A stretch of DNA of 64,000 nucleotides from Gemmatimonadota bacterium (GCA_052389275.1 JBQTID010000004.1:581-64580), one strand, 5' to 3'; positions 1-9,768 are shown, counted from the first letter of the stretch. A program made the numbers and translations. The notes: a model not told the origin generated them from the sequence alone.

Positions 1-2648
1 TGGCTGGTGTCGAAGTGGTCAGCTCCTCGGGCGTTCCGGGAGCTTCGTCGTCGATCGTTATCCGGGGCGTCAGCTCAATCAGCAGCAGCAATCAACCGCT
101 GATGATCGTTGATGGCCTGCCGATCGATAACAAGACTCTCAATACGACAGTTCTCGGTGCGGATTATCCGGGCTCGGCGATCGCATACAGCAACCGCGGG
201 CTCGACTTCACCAACCGGGCCGCGGACATCAATCCGGAAGACATCGAATCCCTCACTGTGTTGAAGGGCCCGGAAGCATCGGCGCTCTATGGCATCGATG
301 CAGCCAACGGCGCGATCGTCATCACGACCAAGCGCGGCAAGCCCGGCGTAGGCGGCTTCGAGTACAGCAATAGCTTCAGACTCGAAAGCACTAACGTCCG
401 GCCCGAGATCCAACAGACGTACGGCGTCAGCGGCGTAGGCGGCAGTGCTCCGAACGGCACATTCTTCTACTTCGGCGCACCCTTTGCGCCAGGCACGACG
501 CTGTATAACAACGTCGACGGCTTCTTCCAGACAGCGCTTACCAAGAAACACAATTTGTCCCTCAGCGGAGCCGCCGCGGACAGCAGGGTCAGTTACCGAC
601 TGTCCGGCAGCTCCACGCAGCAGGAAGGCGTCGTTCCGAACTCCAAACTCGACAGGATCAACATTACGGGAGCGTCCAGGGCCCAGGTCACGAGCTGGCT
701 GAATGCTGACGTGTCGATGCAGTACATGCACAGCGTTAACGATCAGCCCAGGAACGGGGCCGGTGGTCCGCTGCTCGGGCTGCTCGCGTGGCCGTCGTTC
801 GACAAGGCATCGGAATACCTCACTCCCGCCGGGACCCGGCGCACGCTGACCACACTGGCAGCATCAGCGGAAATCGATAACCCGTACCTGAGCACTAACA
901 GGAACATAAACAACACGCGGACCAACCACATGAACGTCAACGTCGGGCTCACGCTGACGCCGTTCTCGTGGGGCAGCCTGAAAACCAACATCGGAACCGA
1001 CAACTACACGACGCAGATCACGATCAACCGGGATCCCTTCAGCGCGCTCGGTTTTGCCAACAGCGGAATCCTCGACGTTACGGATGACATTACGCGGCAT
1101 CTGAATGCGCAGACGGTGCTCAATTTCAACAGCCGCGCCCTCACCAGGAGCATTTCGATCAGTGGTCTGCTGGGCAATGCGATCACGGAGAACAAGTCGC
1201 AGTATAACGGCATGGTCGGGATGGGCTTTTTGGATCCGAACTTCGTCGCAATCAACAACACAGATCCCGCGAGAAGACTCGCCCGCACCACGCTTTCGCA
1301 GCGCCGCCTGGTCAGTGCGTTCGGACAGGCAGTGATTGATTACAGGAATTACTTTTACCTGACCGTGACGGGCAGAAACGACTGGACCTCGACGATCCCG
1401 CAGGAGCGGAACTCGTTCTTTTACCCGTCGGTTTCCACCAGCTTCATCTTCTCCGACGCGTTTCCGGCGGTCCGTAATTTTATGACCGGAAAGGTCCGTG
1501 CGGCGTATGCTGAAGTTGGCAAGGACGCCAGGCCGTACGCCTTCCGGCCATCGCTGCAATCCAAAACGACGACGGCTGGCGGCTACGGCTACGACTTCTG
1601 GGGACCAAACCTCAACCTGCGGCCGGAGTTTGCGAGATCGCACGAGTTCGGCACCGAGTTGAGCTTCCTGAACAACCGGCTTGGCGTGGACGCCACGGTT
1701 TATCGCAAGCAGACCAAGGATCAGATCGTAGAGAATCTGCGCGGCAGCTACGCGACCGGATTCATTCTGTTCAACTTGAACGGAGCCGAGACGAGGAACG
1801 AAGGTCTGGAGCTCACGCTTCGCGGAACTCCGTTACTGAAGCGTGACTTCTCGTGGGATTTCATCGCGAACTTTGCAAAGGCACGCGGCAAGACGTTGAG
1901 CCTGCCTCACGACCTGCCGGAATCCTACGTCTCGGATACCTGGTTGTATGGAAACGTGCGGAATGGCACGAAACCGGGTTTGTCCACCATGTCGCTGACC
2001 GGGCTGTTCTATCTCAGGAACAACAAGGGCGAGCTGTTGATCGATCCGACGACGGGCCTTCCGCTCCGCTCGTCCGCGTTCATTGACGGCGGCTACGACC
2101 GCCAACCCGACTTCCTGATCGGCATAACCAACACGCTTCGCTACAAGCGCTTGTCGCTGGATTTCCTGGTTGACATCCGCAAGGGCGGCGACGTCTTCAA
2201 TGCGACCGAGCACTTTCTCACGGTGAGAGGGCTCAGCATGCGGACGCTGGATAGAGAGCAGCCGCGAATCATCAAGGGTGTTTTGAGAGACGGCAAGGAG
2301 AACACGTCGAATCCGACGCCCAACAGCATCGTCGTGATTCCGAGCGTGCAATCGAGCTACTACACGAACATGAGCGAGGAGCTGTTCATCGAGAAGGACA
2401 TCAACTGGCTGAGGCTCAGAGATGTCACGGTGAGATACAGCCTTCCTGAGCGGCTGGTGCTCAACGCCAAGAATGCGAGTGTGTTCGTGACCGCAACCGA
2501 CCTGTACCTGCTCACGAATTATTCGGGGTTGGATCCAATCGTGAACGGCAACAGCGCGGCGGTGGGAGGATCGAGTGGCGTGGGCATCGACCTGGGCAAT
2601 TTCCCAGTGCCACGTGGTATCAACTTCGGCGTCAAGATGGGATTCTAA
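1..2648 (+). CDS. SusC/RagA-family TonB-linked outer-membrane receptor (5' end outside window)
   Basis: ORF 15..2648. The frame stays open upstream to base 3 (AGVEV). Plug-domain motif IVIRGVSSISSSNQPLMIVDGLPIDN sits near the start, so the N-terminal region is missing. Long barrel region. C-terminus GINFGVKMGF ends in Phe. A SusD-like gene starts 3 nt downstream. Confidence 0.85.
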   Translation, partial: AGVEVVSSSGVPGASSSIVIRGVSSISSSNQPLMIVDGLPIDNKTLNTTVLGADYPGSAIAYSNRGLDFTNRAADINPEDIESLTVLKGPEASALYGIDAANGAIVITTKRGKPGVGGFEYSNSFRLESTNVRPEIQQTYGVSGVGGSAPNGTFFYFGAPFAPGTTLYNNVDGFFQTALTKKHNLSLSGAAADSRVSYRLSGSSTQQEGVVPNSKLDRINITGASRAQVTSWLNADVSMQYMHSVNDQPRNGAGGPLLGLLAWPSFDKASEYLTPAGTRRTLTTLAASAEIDNPYLSTNRNINNTRTNHMNVNVGLTLTPFSWGSLKTNIGTDNYTTQITINRDPFSALGFANSGILDVTDDITRHLNAQTVLNFNSRALTRSISISGLLGNAITENKSQYNGMVGMGFLDPNFVAINNTDPARRLARTTLSQRRLVSAFGQAVIDYRNYFYLTVTGRNDWTSTIPQERNSFFYPSVSTSFIFSDAFPAVRNFMTGKVRAAYAEVGKDARPYAFRPSLQSKTTTAGGYGYDFWGPNLNLRPEFARSHEFGTELSFLNNRLGVDATVYRKQTKDQIVENLRGSYATGFILFNLNGAETRNEGLELTLRGTPLLKRDFSWDFIANFAKARGKTLSLPHDLPESYVSDTWLYGNVRNGTKPGLSTMSLTGLFYLRNNKGELLIDPTTGLPLRSSAFIDGGYDRQPDFLIGITNTLRYKRLSLDFLVDIRKGGDVFNATEHFLTVRGLSMRTLDREQPRIIKGVLRDGKENTSNPTPNSIVVIPSVQSSYYTNMSEELFIEKDINWLRLRDVTVRYSLPERLVLNAKNASVFVTATDLYLLTNYSGLDPIVNGNSAAVGGSSGVGIDLGNFPVPRGINFGVKMGF

Positions 2649-2650
2649 AA

Positions 2651-4210
2651 ATGAAAAAGCCGATGAACAGAATATACGCCGCCGTCGTCCTGGGCGTTTT
2701 GACCCTGTCCGCGAGTTGTAAGGACTTCCTGGACGTCAATACCAATCCAAACGCACCTGAGATCGTTTCGCCGAATCTGTATCTCGCGCCTATGCTACAC
2801 TGGCTGGTGACGGGTCCCCAGTTCGATGGCCGCTTCATCGGACGCTATACGCAGCAATGGACTCTGCCGGGTGCGAGCCTGAGCACCTGGGACCGCATGG
2901 GCTATGACCCGTCGAGCGATAACGGTGGGCAGATGTGGCGCGATGTCTACTGGTCTTTTGGCCAGAACCTGGTCGACATGAACACCAGGGCCGAGGCCGA
3001 GCAGCGCTGGGACCTTCTCGGTGTTGGGGTGGTGCTCAAAGCATGGGGCTGGCAGGAGCTGACCGATGCTCATGGCGAGATCATCGTCAAGGAAGCCATT
3101 GACCAGTCGAAGTTCGCTTTCAACTACGATACGCAGGAGTATGCCTATCAGGAGGTCAAGCGCCTGCTGGATAGCGCAATCGTGCTGCTGAAGAGAACCG
3201 ATGGCGCTGTCGACCAGGCCTATCTCGCCAGGGGCGACAAGATCTACAACGGCGATCGCGCGAAGTGGCTGAAGCTGGCGTATGGAATGCTCGCCATTCA
3301 CCTGAATCACTACTCCAACAAGGCGGCCTTGTACAAGCCCACGGACGTGATCGCCGCAGTCGATCAGTCATTCTCGAGCAATGCTGACGATGCGCTGCTG
3401 GGGTATACCGCGATCGGCAACGACGACACCAACTTCTGGGGTCGCACCAGAGGCAATATCGCGAGCTACCGGCAAACCCGGTTCGTAGTCAACCTGATGA
3501 ACGGATCGCAGTTCGGCGGCGTGGTCGACCCACGGATGGCCCGAATGCTGTCGCCGTCACCTGACGGGCAATACCGTGGGCTGGATATAAACGTCGTCGG
3601 CTTCGGCGCGCTGACCGCGGCGCAACAGCCCAACAACTTCCATGGCTATTCTGGAACCGGCGGTGTGGCATCGCCTGGCCGTTATATTTTCGATGACAAA
3701 GCGAAGATTCCGCTGATTACCTATGCGCAGCTTCAGTTCGTGAAGGCGGAAGCCGCGTTGAGGATGGGAAATCAGGCGACAGCCGCGGCTGCATACCGGG
3801 CCGGAATCTCAGCTCACATCGATTTCGTGAACACCTACAGCAACACATTGGCCACGCCGATCACCGGAGCCGAGAAAGATGCGTTCCTGACGGCGATCGT
3901 TCCGGCTAGCTTGACGTTGTCGCACATCATGCCGCAGAAGTACATCGCGCAGTGGGGCTGGGGACACAACGAAGTGTGGCTGGACATGCGCCGCTATCAC
4001 TACACCGACATCGATCCGGTAAGTGGCACGCAGGTCTACCGGGGTTTTGCTCCCCCGACGACTTTCCATCCTGATAACGGCGGCAAGGTCGTACAGCGCA
4101 TCAGACCGAGATTCAATTCGGAGTATGTGTGGAACGTCCCGGCGCTGAGTGTTATCGGCGGACTGGCCCTGGATTACCACACGAAGCCTATGTGGATCAC
4201 TGAACCGTAA
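2651..4210 (+). CDS. SusD/RagB-family nutrient-binding outer-membrane lipoprotein
   Basis: 519 aa. Lipoprotein signal MKKPMNRIYAAVVLGVLTLSASC followed by KDFLDVNTNPNAP, typical of SusD-like N-termini. Directly downstream of the SusC-like gene. Confidence 0.85.
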   Translation: MKKPMNRIYAAVVLGVLTLSASCKDFLDVNTNPNAPEIVSPNLYLAPMLHWLVTGPQFDGRFIGRYTQQWTLPGASLSTWDRMGYDPSSDNGGQMWRDVYWSFGQNLVDMNTRAEAEQRWDLLGVGVVLKAWGWQELTDAHGEIIVKEAIDQSKFAFNYDTQEYAYQEVKRLLDSAIVLLKRTDGAVDQAYLARGDKIYNGDRAKWLKLAYGMLAIHLNHYSNKAALYKPTDVIAAVDQSFSSNADDALLGYTAIGNDDTNFWGRTRGNIASYRQTRFVVNLMNGSQFGGVVDPRMARMLSPSPDGQYRGLDINVVGFGALTAAQQPNNFHGYSGTGGVASPGRYIFDDKAKIPLITYAQLQFVKAEAALRMGNQATAAAAYRAGISAHIDFVNTYSNTLATPITGAEKDAFLTAIVPASLTLSHIMPQKYIAQWGWGHNEVWLDMRRYHYTDIDPVSGTQVYRGFAPPTTFHPDNGGKVVQRIRPRFNSEYVWNVPALSVIGGLALDYHTKPMWITEP

Positions 4211-4217
4211 ACGGAAT

Positions 4218-5036
4218 ATGAAAAATTATAGGTCCATACTGGTGCTGCTTTGCGCAGCCGCGCTCTCCTCGTGCGACAAAAATGCGCTTCAGGATATCAC
4301 TGAGCCGCCGCCCGGAGGAGCGCGCATCAAGTTCTTCAACTTCGGCGTGAGTGCGCCCGGCGTGAACTTCTACGCCAATGAGACGAAGATGACGGCGATC
4401 AGCTCCGCCACCTGTACCATCCTGACGGATGCGAACAGGGAGCAATGCACCACCGTCGGTGCCGAATCTGTCACCGGAGTGGCTTACGGCGGCGTGGGAT
4501 CGGGCGGATTCTATTCGGATATCGCGCCGGGGCAGTATACGTTTAGGGGAAAGATCGCAGCCGCGATCGACAAAGATCTGGCGGTTTCTAGCCTCTCCGC
4601 AACCATTGCCGACGGGAAGCAGTACTCGTTCTACCAGAGCGGGTTGTACGATGCCGGGGCCAAGAAGGTCGATGCTTTCATCGTCGAAGATGATTATGCT
4701 GCGGAAATCGATTATTCGGTGGCGTGCGTCCGATTTGTCAATGCGATTTTCAATTCGAATCCGATGGCGTTGTACGTGAAGAACACGACTACAGGCACCG
4801 AAACCAAGATCGGCAGTGAAGTGGCTTATAAGGCGGCGGGCGCATTTACTTGTCTGCCCGCAGCTTTTTACGACTTGAGCACGCGCACGGCGGGATCGAG
4901 CGCAAACGCTATTGCCCGAGCCGGCGTGTCCTTTGTAGCGGGACGGACCTACACAGTTGGTGCCAGAGGCGACATGACGGTGACATCAACCACAGCTGCG
5001 AACCGGCCTTTTCTGGATAACACCGCCAACAGGTAA
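4218..5036 (+). CDS. DUF4397-like lipoprotein
   Basis: ORF 4149..5036. The internal ATG at 4218 gives MKNYRSILVLLCAAALSSC (lipobox). Two repeated segments (ARIKFFNFGVSAPGVNFYANE and ACVRFVNAIFNSNPMALYVKN) resemble the DUF4397 repeat. Confidence 0.6.
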   Translation: MKNYRSILVLLCAAALSSCDKNALQDITEPPPGGARIKFFNFGVSAPGVNFYANETKMTAISSATCTILTDANREQCTTVGAESVTGVAYGGVGSGGFYSDIAPGQYTFRGKIAAAIDKDLAVSSLSATIADGKQYSFYQSGLYDAGAKKVDAFIVEDDYAAEIDYSVACVRFVNAIFNSNPMALYVKNTTTGTETKIGSEVAYKAAGAFTCLPAAFYDLSTRTAGSSANAIARAGVSFVAGRTYTVGARGDMTVTSTTAANRPFLDNTANR

Positions 5037-5062
5037 GGACCTATTATCCGAGTTCGGCGTCG

Positions 5063-5917
5063 ATGAACCCCGTGGTGCAGATGCGTCACGGGGTTCTTGC
5101 GATGGTGCTGCTGGCAGCATCGGCCGGAATTGCGCAACCGCAATCCCTGTTGAGCGGGAATGTGCTCACCCTGGACTCCACCTACATCGTCGCTGCACAC
5201 ATCACGCTTCACGATTCGGCTGGCAAGCTCAAAGCGGAAGCTCTGACCGATTCGGCCGGAGGTTTCCGCTTCCGCGTCGCGAATATGACACGGCCGGTGA
5301 CGCTCTACATAAGCATCATCCGTATCGGATATGTATCGATTGAGCTCGTGCCCGTAAGTCTAGGCAGGAGGGAAGACGTGACGGTGCGCGTGCATATGTC
5401 GCCGCACGCCGTCGAGCTCGCACCCGTGACAGTAGTCGCGCGCCAGCGCACCCGCTCGGCTGCGCTCGATGATTACTACGACAAGCTGGATGATATCAAA
5501 CGAGGCATCGGGCATGCACTCGAGCGCAATGTAATGGAGCAGCACGCAGGCTCCCAGCTCGTCAGCGCGCTCCAGCGAGTGCCTGGCGTGCAATACGGTA
5601 ATGTCTCACTGCGTGGCGGCATAAATTTGGCCGTCCCGAGGATGCGCGGTGGCTGTATCCCGCTAACGTTTCTCGATCGCGTGCCGATCGCCGCCGACGA
5701 GCTGGCAGTCATCGATCCGGCAAATCTCGAGGGTGTCCTGGTGTATGTGGGAGGACTGGAAGTACCCGTCGACTTCAGCCAGCTAAGCGCGGGAGTGCCA
5801 TGCGGGCTGATTCTCGCATACACAGCCCGCCCCTCGCCACGCAGAAGCACCATATCACTCCGTAACACCGCGCTCGGGGTGGTGGCGGTTGCCGCGATCG
5901 TTCTCATCTCCAGGTAA
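5063..5917 (+). CDS. hypothetical secreted protein: carboxypeptidase-regulatory-like N-domain plus TonB-receptor plug-like segment and a C-terminal TM helix, with no barrel
   Basis: Signal-like N-terminus. SGNVLTLDS...HDSAGKLKAEALTDSAGGFRFRV is CarboxypepD_reg-like. LVSALQRVPGVQYGNVSLRGG...LDRVPIAADELAVIDPANLEGVLVY is plug-like. The C-terminus ALGVVAVAAIVLISR is hydrophobic. Confidence 0.45.
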   Translation: MNPVVQMRHGVLAMVLLAASAGIAQPQSLLSGNVLTLDSTYIVAAHITLHDSAGKLKAEALTDSAGGFRFRVANMTRPVTLYISIIRIGYVSIELVPVSLGRREDVTVRVHMSPHAVELAPVTVVARQRTRSAALDDYYDKLDDIKRGIGHALERNVMEQHAGSQLVSALQRVPGVQYGNVSLRGGINLAVPRMRGGCIPLTFLDRVPIAADELAVIDPANLEGVLVYVGGLEVPVDFSQLSAGVPCGLILAYTARPSPRRSTISLRNTALGVVAVAAIVLISR

Positions 5918-5925
5918 TCACCACA

Positions 5926-6384
5926 TTGCACATACTGAGGACGATTTCCTGGTCGCTGCTCCTCTGGAGCGGCCTGTTGGCGGTTGTCGTCAATTCGTGG
6001 TGTCTGATGATCCTGCGCAAGCTCGGCACGACGCGCTATCTGCCGCGCGCATACTGGAGCTGCGTGCTGTTCGGCAGCGCCGGTGACGCAGCACTCGTTT
6101 TCGCCGGGCTGTTACGTATGGTTGCGATGATCGTGGTCTTCCCATTTTTTTACGTATTGGTGTTCGCCTATACCGGACGCGCTGAGGCGCTCGTCGGTCT
6201 GGCGCTCGGCGCATTGCATGGCCTGCTCGCCGGCTTCTTGCTGCCACTCGCCGCACGCCGTTGCGCCGGCGCGCATCCTCCCGGGCTGTTCGGCTGGCAG
6301 CTCGGACGCGCCACGCCGCTCGTGCTGCTCTTCGTACATGCTGTGTACGGTTCGCTGCTCGGGTATATTTACGTAAATGGGTAA
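5926..6384 (+). CDS. hypothetical multi-pass membrane protein
   Basis: 152-aa ORF with a TTG start. Four hydrophobic stretches. Overlaps the argR start by 8 nt. No recognisable family. Confidence 0.4.
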   Translation: MHILRTISWSLLLWSGLLAVVVNSWCLMILRKLGTTRYLPRAYWSCVLFGSAGDAALVFAGLLRMVAMIVVFPFFYVLVFAYTGRAEALVGLALGALHGLLAGFLLPLAARRCAGAHPPGLFGWQLGRATPLVLLFVHAVYGSLLGYIYVNG

Positions 6385-6826
6385 GTCGCAACGGCACGCC
6401 GCCATTCGTCAGGTGGTCGCGGAGCACCGCGTCGCCAGTCAGGAGCAACTCCGCGAGCTGCTGCTGGAGCGGAACTTCGATGTGACGCAGGCCACTCTGT
6501 CACGCGACATTCGTGAGCTGCGTCTCGTCAAGATGCCCGATCCGGATGGCGGCACCTACTACACCGTACCGGATACCGACCTGCGGCCTCCGCTCGCCCG
6601 ACTCCTGCCGACCCTGTTCGTCGGCGTCGAAGGCACCGGCAACCTGCTCGTCGTGAAGACCCTGGCGGGCGGAGCACAGGCCATTTCCGAAGCCATCGAC
6701 TGGGAGGAGTGGACCGAGATTCTCGGCACCCTCGCCGGCGACGATACCATTCTCGTAATCCTGCGCGATTCCGCCCATCTGCCGGCTGTCCAAAAGCGCA
6801 TCGAAGAGCTCGCCGGCAACGCATAG
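6377..6826 (+). CDS. argR: arginine repressor
   Basis: 149 aa. The N-terminal winged-helix region RHAAIRQVVAEHRVASQEQLRELLLERNFDVTQATLSRDIRELRLVK and the C-terminal GTLAGDDTILVI oligomerisation/arginine-binding motif are typical of ArgR/AhrC. Confidence 0.85.
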   Translation: MGKSQRHAAIRQVVAEHRVASQEQLRELLLERNFDVTQATLSRDIRELRLVKMPDPDGGTYYTVPDTDLRPPLARLLPTLFVGVEGTGNLLVVKTLAGGAQAISEAIDWEEWTEILGTLAGDDTILVILRDSAHLPAVQKRIEELAGNA

Positions 6827-6872
6827 GAATTCACTCCCAAGCCATTGACTGCCCACGGCTTGTAGCGCATAT

Positions 6873-6893
6873 TTATTCACAGAAGATGAATAA
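6873..6893. promoter_or_regulatory. ARG-box-like inverted repeat TTATTCA-N7-TGAATAA overlapping the argC start codon
   Basis: TTATTCA at 6873-6879 and TGAATAA at 6887-6893, in an AT-rich patch. ATTCA-N7-TGAAT is the spacing expected for the inner half-sites of two tandem 18-bp ARG boxes separated by 3 bp. The outer half-sites are poor matches. Confidence 0.3.
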
Positions 6894-7851
6894 ACAACCG
6901 AAATCCGCCGGTATCCTGGGCGCGAGCGGCTACACCGGACAGGAATTGGTGGGGTTGCTCGCGCGTCATTCTCAGCTCGAGCTGTCCTTCGTGACATCTG
7001 AGGCAGAGGCGGGGAAGCTATTGCCTGGCAGCGACTTGCGGTATGTGAGCGCAAGTGATGTAGAGCTCGCGTCGGTGGACGTGGTCTTCACCTGTCTGCC
7101 ACACGATGAGTCGGGAGCGTGGGCGCTGAAAGCTTCGCAGGCAGGCGTGCTGGCGATCGATCTATCGTCCGACCTGCGGGACGGCAAAAACGGGGCGACC
7201 TATGGTCTGCCGGAGCTTTGGCGCGACGAAGTCCGCAATGCGCGGCTTGTAGCCAATCCAGGTTGCTATCCAACCGGGGTGATGCTCGGGCTGGCGCCGC
7301 TCATCAAGGAGGGCCTGGTCGAGCACGGTCGGCCAATCGTCATCAATGCGGCGTCCGGTGTGACGGGCGCGGGGCGCTCGGCCAGGCGCGAACTGCTGTT
7401 CGGCGAGGTCGCGGAAGATTTTCGCGCGTACGGCGTGGGCAACGGCCATCGCCATGTGCCGGAGATGCGAGCGGGACTGGCCCGATTGAACGGTGGCGCA
7501 CCGCAGTTCGTTTTCACGCCCCATCTGCTACCGGTGCGTCGCGGCATTCTGGAGACGATGTACGTGCCGCTGGTCGATGAGCTGACCCCGGCAGAGGCGG
7601 TCGCGCTGTTTACGAAGCACTACGCAGGCGAGCGCTTCATCGAGATCTGCGGGACCGAATTGCCGACGCTGAGGCGCGTGCTGCATCGCAACATTGTCTC
7701 GCTCGGCTTCAGCGAGGTGCACGGTGTCGACACGCCCATGCTGATTGTCATCGCGGCGTTCGACAACCTGGTCAAGGGCGCTGCCGGCCAGGCGCTCCAG
7801 AACGCGAACATTATGCTTGGCTTCGACGAGAAGCTCGGGCTGCCGGCCTAA
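6886..7851 (+). CDS. argC: N-acetyl-gamma-glutamyl-phosphate reductase
   Basis: ORF 6709..7851. The conserved protein begins at ATG 6886 (MNKQPKSAGILGASGYTGQELVGLL, an NAD-binding GxxGxxG-type motif). NPGCYPTG active-site Cys motif present. Confidence 0.9.
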   Translation: MNKQPKSAGILGASGYTGQELVGLLARHSQLELSFVTSEAEAGKLLPGSDLRYVSASDVELASVDVVFTCLPHDESGAWALKASQAGVLAIDLSSDLRDGKNGATYGLPELWRDEVRNARLVANPGCYPTGVMLGLAPLIKEGLVEHGRPIVINAASGVTGAGRSARRELLFGEVAEDFRAYGVGNGHRHVPEMRAGLARLNGGAPQFVFTPHLLPVRRGILETMYVPLVDELTPAEAVALFTKHYAGERFIEICGTELPTLRRVLHRNIVSLGFSEVHGVDTPMLIVIAAFDNLVKGAAGQALQNANIMLGFDEKLGLPA

Positions 7852-7852
7852 C

Positions 7853-8614
7853 ATGTTGCAGGTCATCAAGGCTGGAGGCGCGGCTCTCAACGATGCGAGC
7901 TGGCTGGACCAATTCGCGGATGCGGCTGCGCAGGGCACCAACGAGCGCGTAATCGTGCACGGTGGCGGGCCGGACATCACGGCTTTGTCCGCGCAGCTGG
8001 GCATTGCGGTGGAATTTCATTCCGGTGGTCGCCGCATCACATCGGAAGCCGCGCTGGATGTGACATCGATGGTGCTGAATGGTCGCATCAACAAACGGAT
8101 TGTTCGGGTACTTCGCTCGCGCGGCCTGGATGCTTTCGGCCTGTCGGGTGAGGACGGTGGCGTGATCGTCGGCAAGCTGGTCGAGGGCGGCTCACTCGGA
8201 CGGGTGGGCGAAGTCATTTCGGTGCGGAGCAGCCTGCTCAAGGCTCTGATCGAAGCGCAGATGCTGCCGGTCGTTTCGCCGGTCTCGATCGCAACCGATT
8301 TCGGCGCGCTCAACATCAACGCGGACGAAGTTGCCGCCGCGATCGCGCAAAAGCTTGAAGCCGATGAGCTGCTTTTCCTTACCGATGTGGCTGGCGTTCG
8401 GCAGCATGACGCATATCTGGCCACGCTCAGCGTGCCCGCCGCGCAGCAGCTGATCGACAGTGGTGTTGCGACCGGCGGCATGGCGCTCAAGCTGCGCGCT
8501 GCAATCGCCGCATTGAAGTTCGGTGTCACGAAAGTACGTGTCGGGCCGCTCGAGATGTTGTCGAACGTGAATGCGGGAACGGCAATTTATGCGGAGGAAG
8601 TCGCGTGTCGGTAG
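7853..8614 (+). CDS. argB: acetylglutamate kinase
   Basis: ORF 7745..8614. ATG at 7853 gives MLQVIKAGGAALND...VIVHGGGPDI, typical of the amino-acid kinase family / ArgB. Starts 2 nt after the argC stop. Confidence 0.9.
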   Translation: MLQVIKAGGAALNDASWLDQFADAAAQGTNERVIVHGGGPDITALSAQLGIAVEFHSGGRRITSEAALDVTSMVLNGRINKRIVRVLRSRGLDAFGLSGEDGGVIVGKLVEGGSLGRVGEVISVRSSLLKALIEAQMLPVVSPVSIATDFGALNINADEVAAAIAQKLEADELLFLTDVAGVRQHDAYLATLSVPAAQQLIDSGVATGGMALKLRAAIAALKFGVTKVRVGPLEMLSNVNAGTAIYAEEVACR

Positions 8615-9768
8615 CTCTGACTGAACAGCTGGTATCGCAGGATGCTCTGGTCGGCACGTACAAGGCCGACCGGCCGACCCTGGTTGCCGCGCGCGGTTGC
8701 CGGGTCACGACCGATGATGGCCGTGATTTGCTCGACTTCGTAAGCGGCATTGGCGTCAACGCGCTCGGCTACGGCAGCGACGTCGTTACGCGCGCCATTG
8801 CGTCCGCGCTCGCGACCGGATTGCTGCACACCTCGAACCTGTATCGAAATGATGCGGCACAGAAGCTGGCGACGCTGCTCACGAATGCATCCTTCGCTGA
8901 CAAGGTGTTCTTCTGCAATTCGGGCGGCGAAGCCAACGAGGCGGCCTTCAAGTTCGCGCGCCGCTTGGCGCGCGACGCAGTCGGCGGCGACAAGTACGAG
9001 GTGGTCGCGCTGAAGGGTTCGTTCCATGGACGTTTGTTCGGCTCACTCGCGGCCACCGACCGTCCATCATTCCGCGCGCCGTTCGAGCCGCTGATGCCGG
9101 GTGTGAAATTCGTTGTGCCGGGCGACTTCGATGGCGCGTCCGCCGCAGTATCGCGCGCCCGCACGGCCGCCATTATAGCTGAGCCGGTGCAAGGCGAAGG
9201 TGGCGTGAAGCGGATTGACCCGGAATTTCTCGCACACTTGCGCGCGCTCGCTTCCGCGAACGATGCAGTCCTGATTTTCGACGAAGTGCAATGCGGCATG
9301 GGCCGCACCGGTTCCTTGTTCGCCTACGAGCAGACCGGGGTTACACCCGACATCGTGACACTCGCCAAGCCGCTTGCCGGCGGTCTGCCCATGGGCGCCA
9401 CGCTGGTGACCGAGAAGATCGCGGCAACCATCAAGCCTGGTGATCACGCCACCACGTTCGGCGGCGGTCCGCTCGTGAGCACGGTTGCTTGTGCCGTGAT
9501 CGAAACCATCGCAGCGCCCGAGTTCCTCGCTGACGTGAAGCGCAAAGGCGAGCTGTTGAGGAGCTCCCTTCAGAATGTCCGCGGTATTGGCTTGATGCTC
9601 GGTATCGAGCTGCCGGTTCCCGCCGCGCCATTCATTCAGGCTGCATTCGAGAAGGGTCTGCTGGTTTGCAGTGCCGGTGACAATGTCATCCGCCTGCTTC
9701 CTCCTCTTGTCATCTCGGACGACGAGATCGGGGAAGCGGTTGAGATTCTGAACGAGGTACTCGGTTGA
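8605..9768 (+). CDS. argD: acetylornithine aminotransferase (class III PLP aminotransferase)
   Basis: 387 aa with a GTG start. Motifs FCNSGGEANEAAFKFAR, IAEPVQGEGG, FDEVQCGMGRTG and LAKPLAGGLPMGA (PLP Lys region). Confidence 0.9.
   Translation: MSVALTEQLVSQDALVGTYKADRPTLVAARGCRVTTDDGRDLLDFVSGIGVNALGYGSDVVTRAIASALATGLLHTSNLYRNDAAQKLATLLTNASFADKVFFCNSGGEANEAAFKFARRLARDAVGGDKYEVVALKGSFHGRLFGSLAATDRPSFRAPFEPLMPGVKFVVPGDFDGASAAVSRARTAAIIAEPVQGEGGVKRIDPEFLAHLRALASANDAVLIFDEVQCGMGRTGSLFAYEQTGVTPDIVTLAKPLAGGLPMGATLVTEKIAATIKPGDHATTFGGGPLVSTVACAVIETIAAPEFLADVKRKGELLRSSLQNVRGIGLMLGIELPVPAAPFIQAAFEKGLLVCSAGDNVIRLLPPLVISDDEIGEAVEILNEVLG

Noticed and set aside
6709-6885. N-terminal extensions in the ORF track: argC from 6709, argB from 7745, rpe from 17252, biotin carboxylase from 38843, purM from 46790, EIID from 56489, HPr from 57304, RNase Z from 30510.
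   Set aside because: The extensions overlap the preceding gene in another frame and are Arg-rich nonsense. Conserved N-termini begin at internal ATG/GTG codons that abut or overlap the upstream stop codon, so the downstream starts were used.
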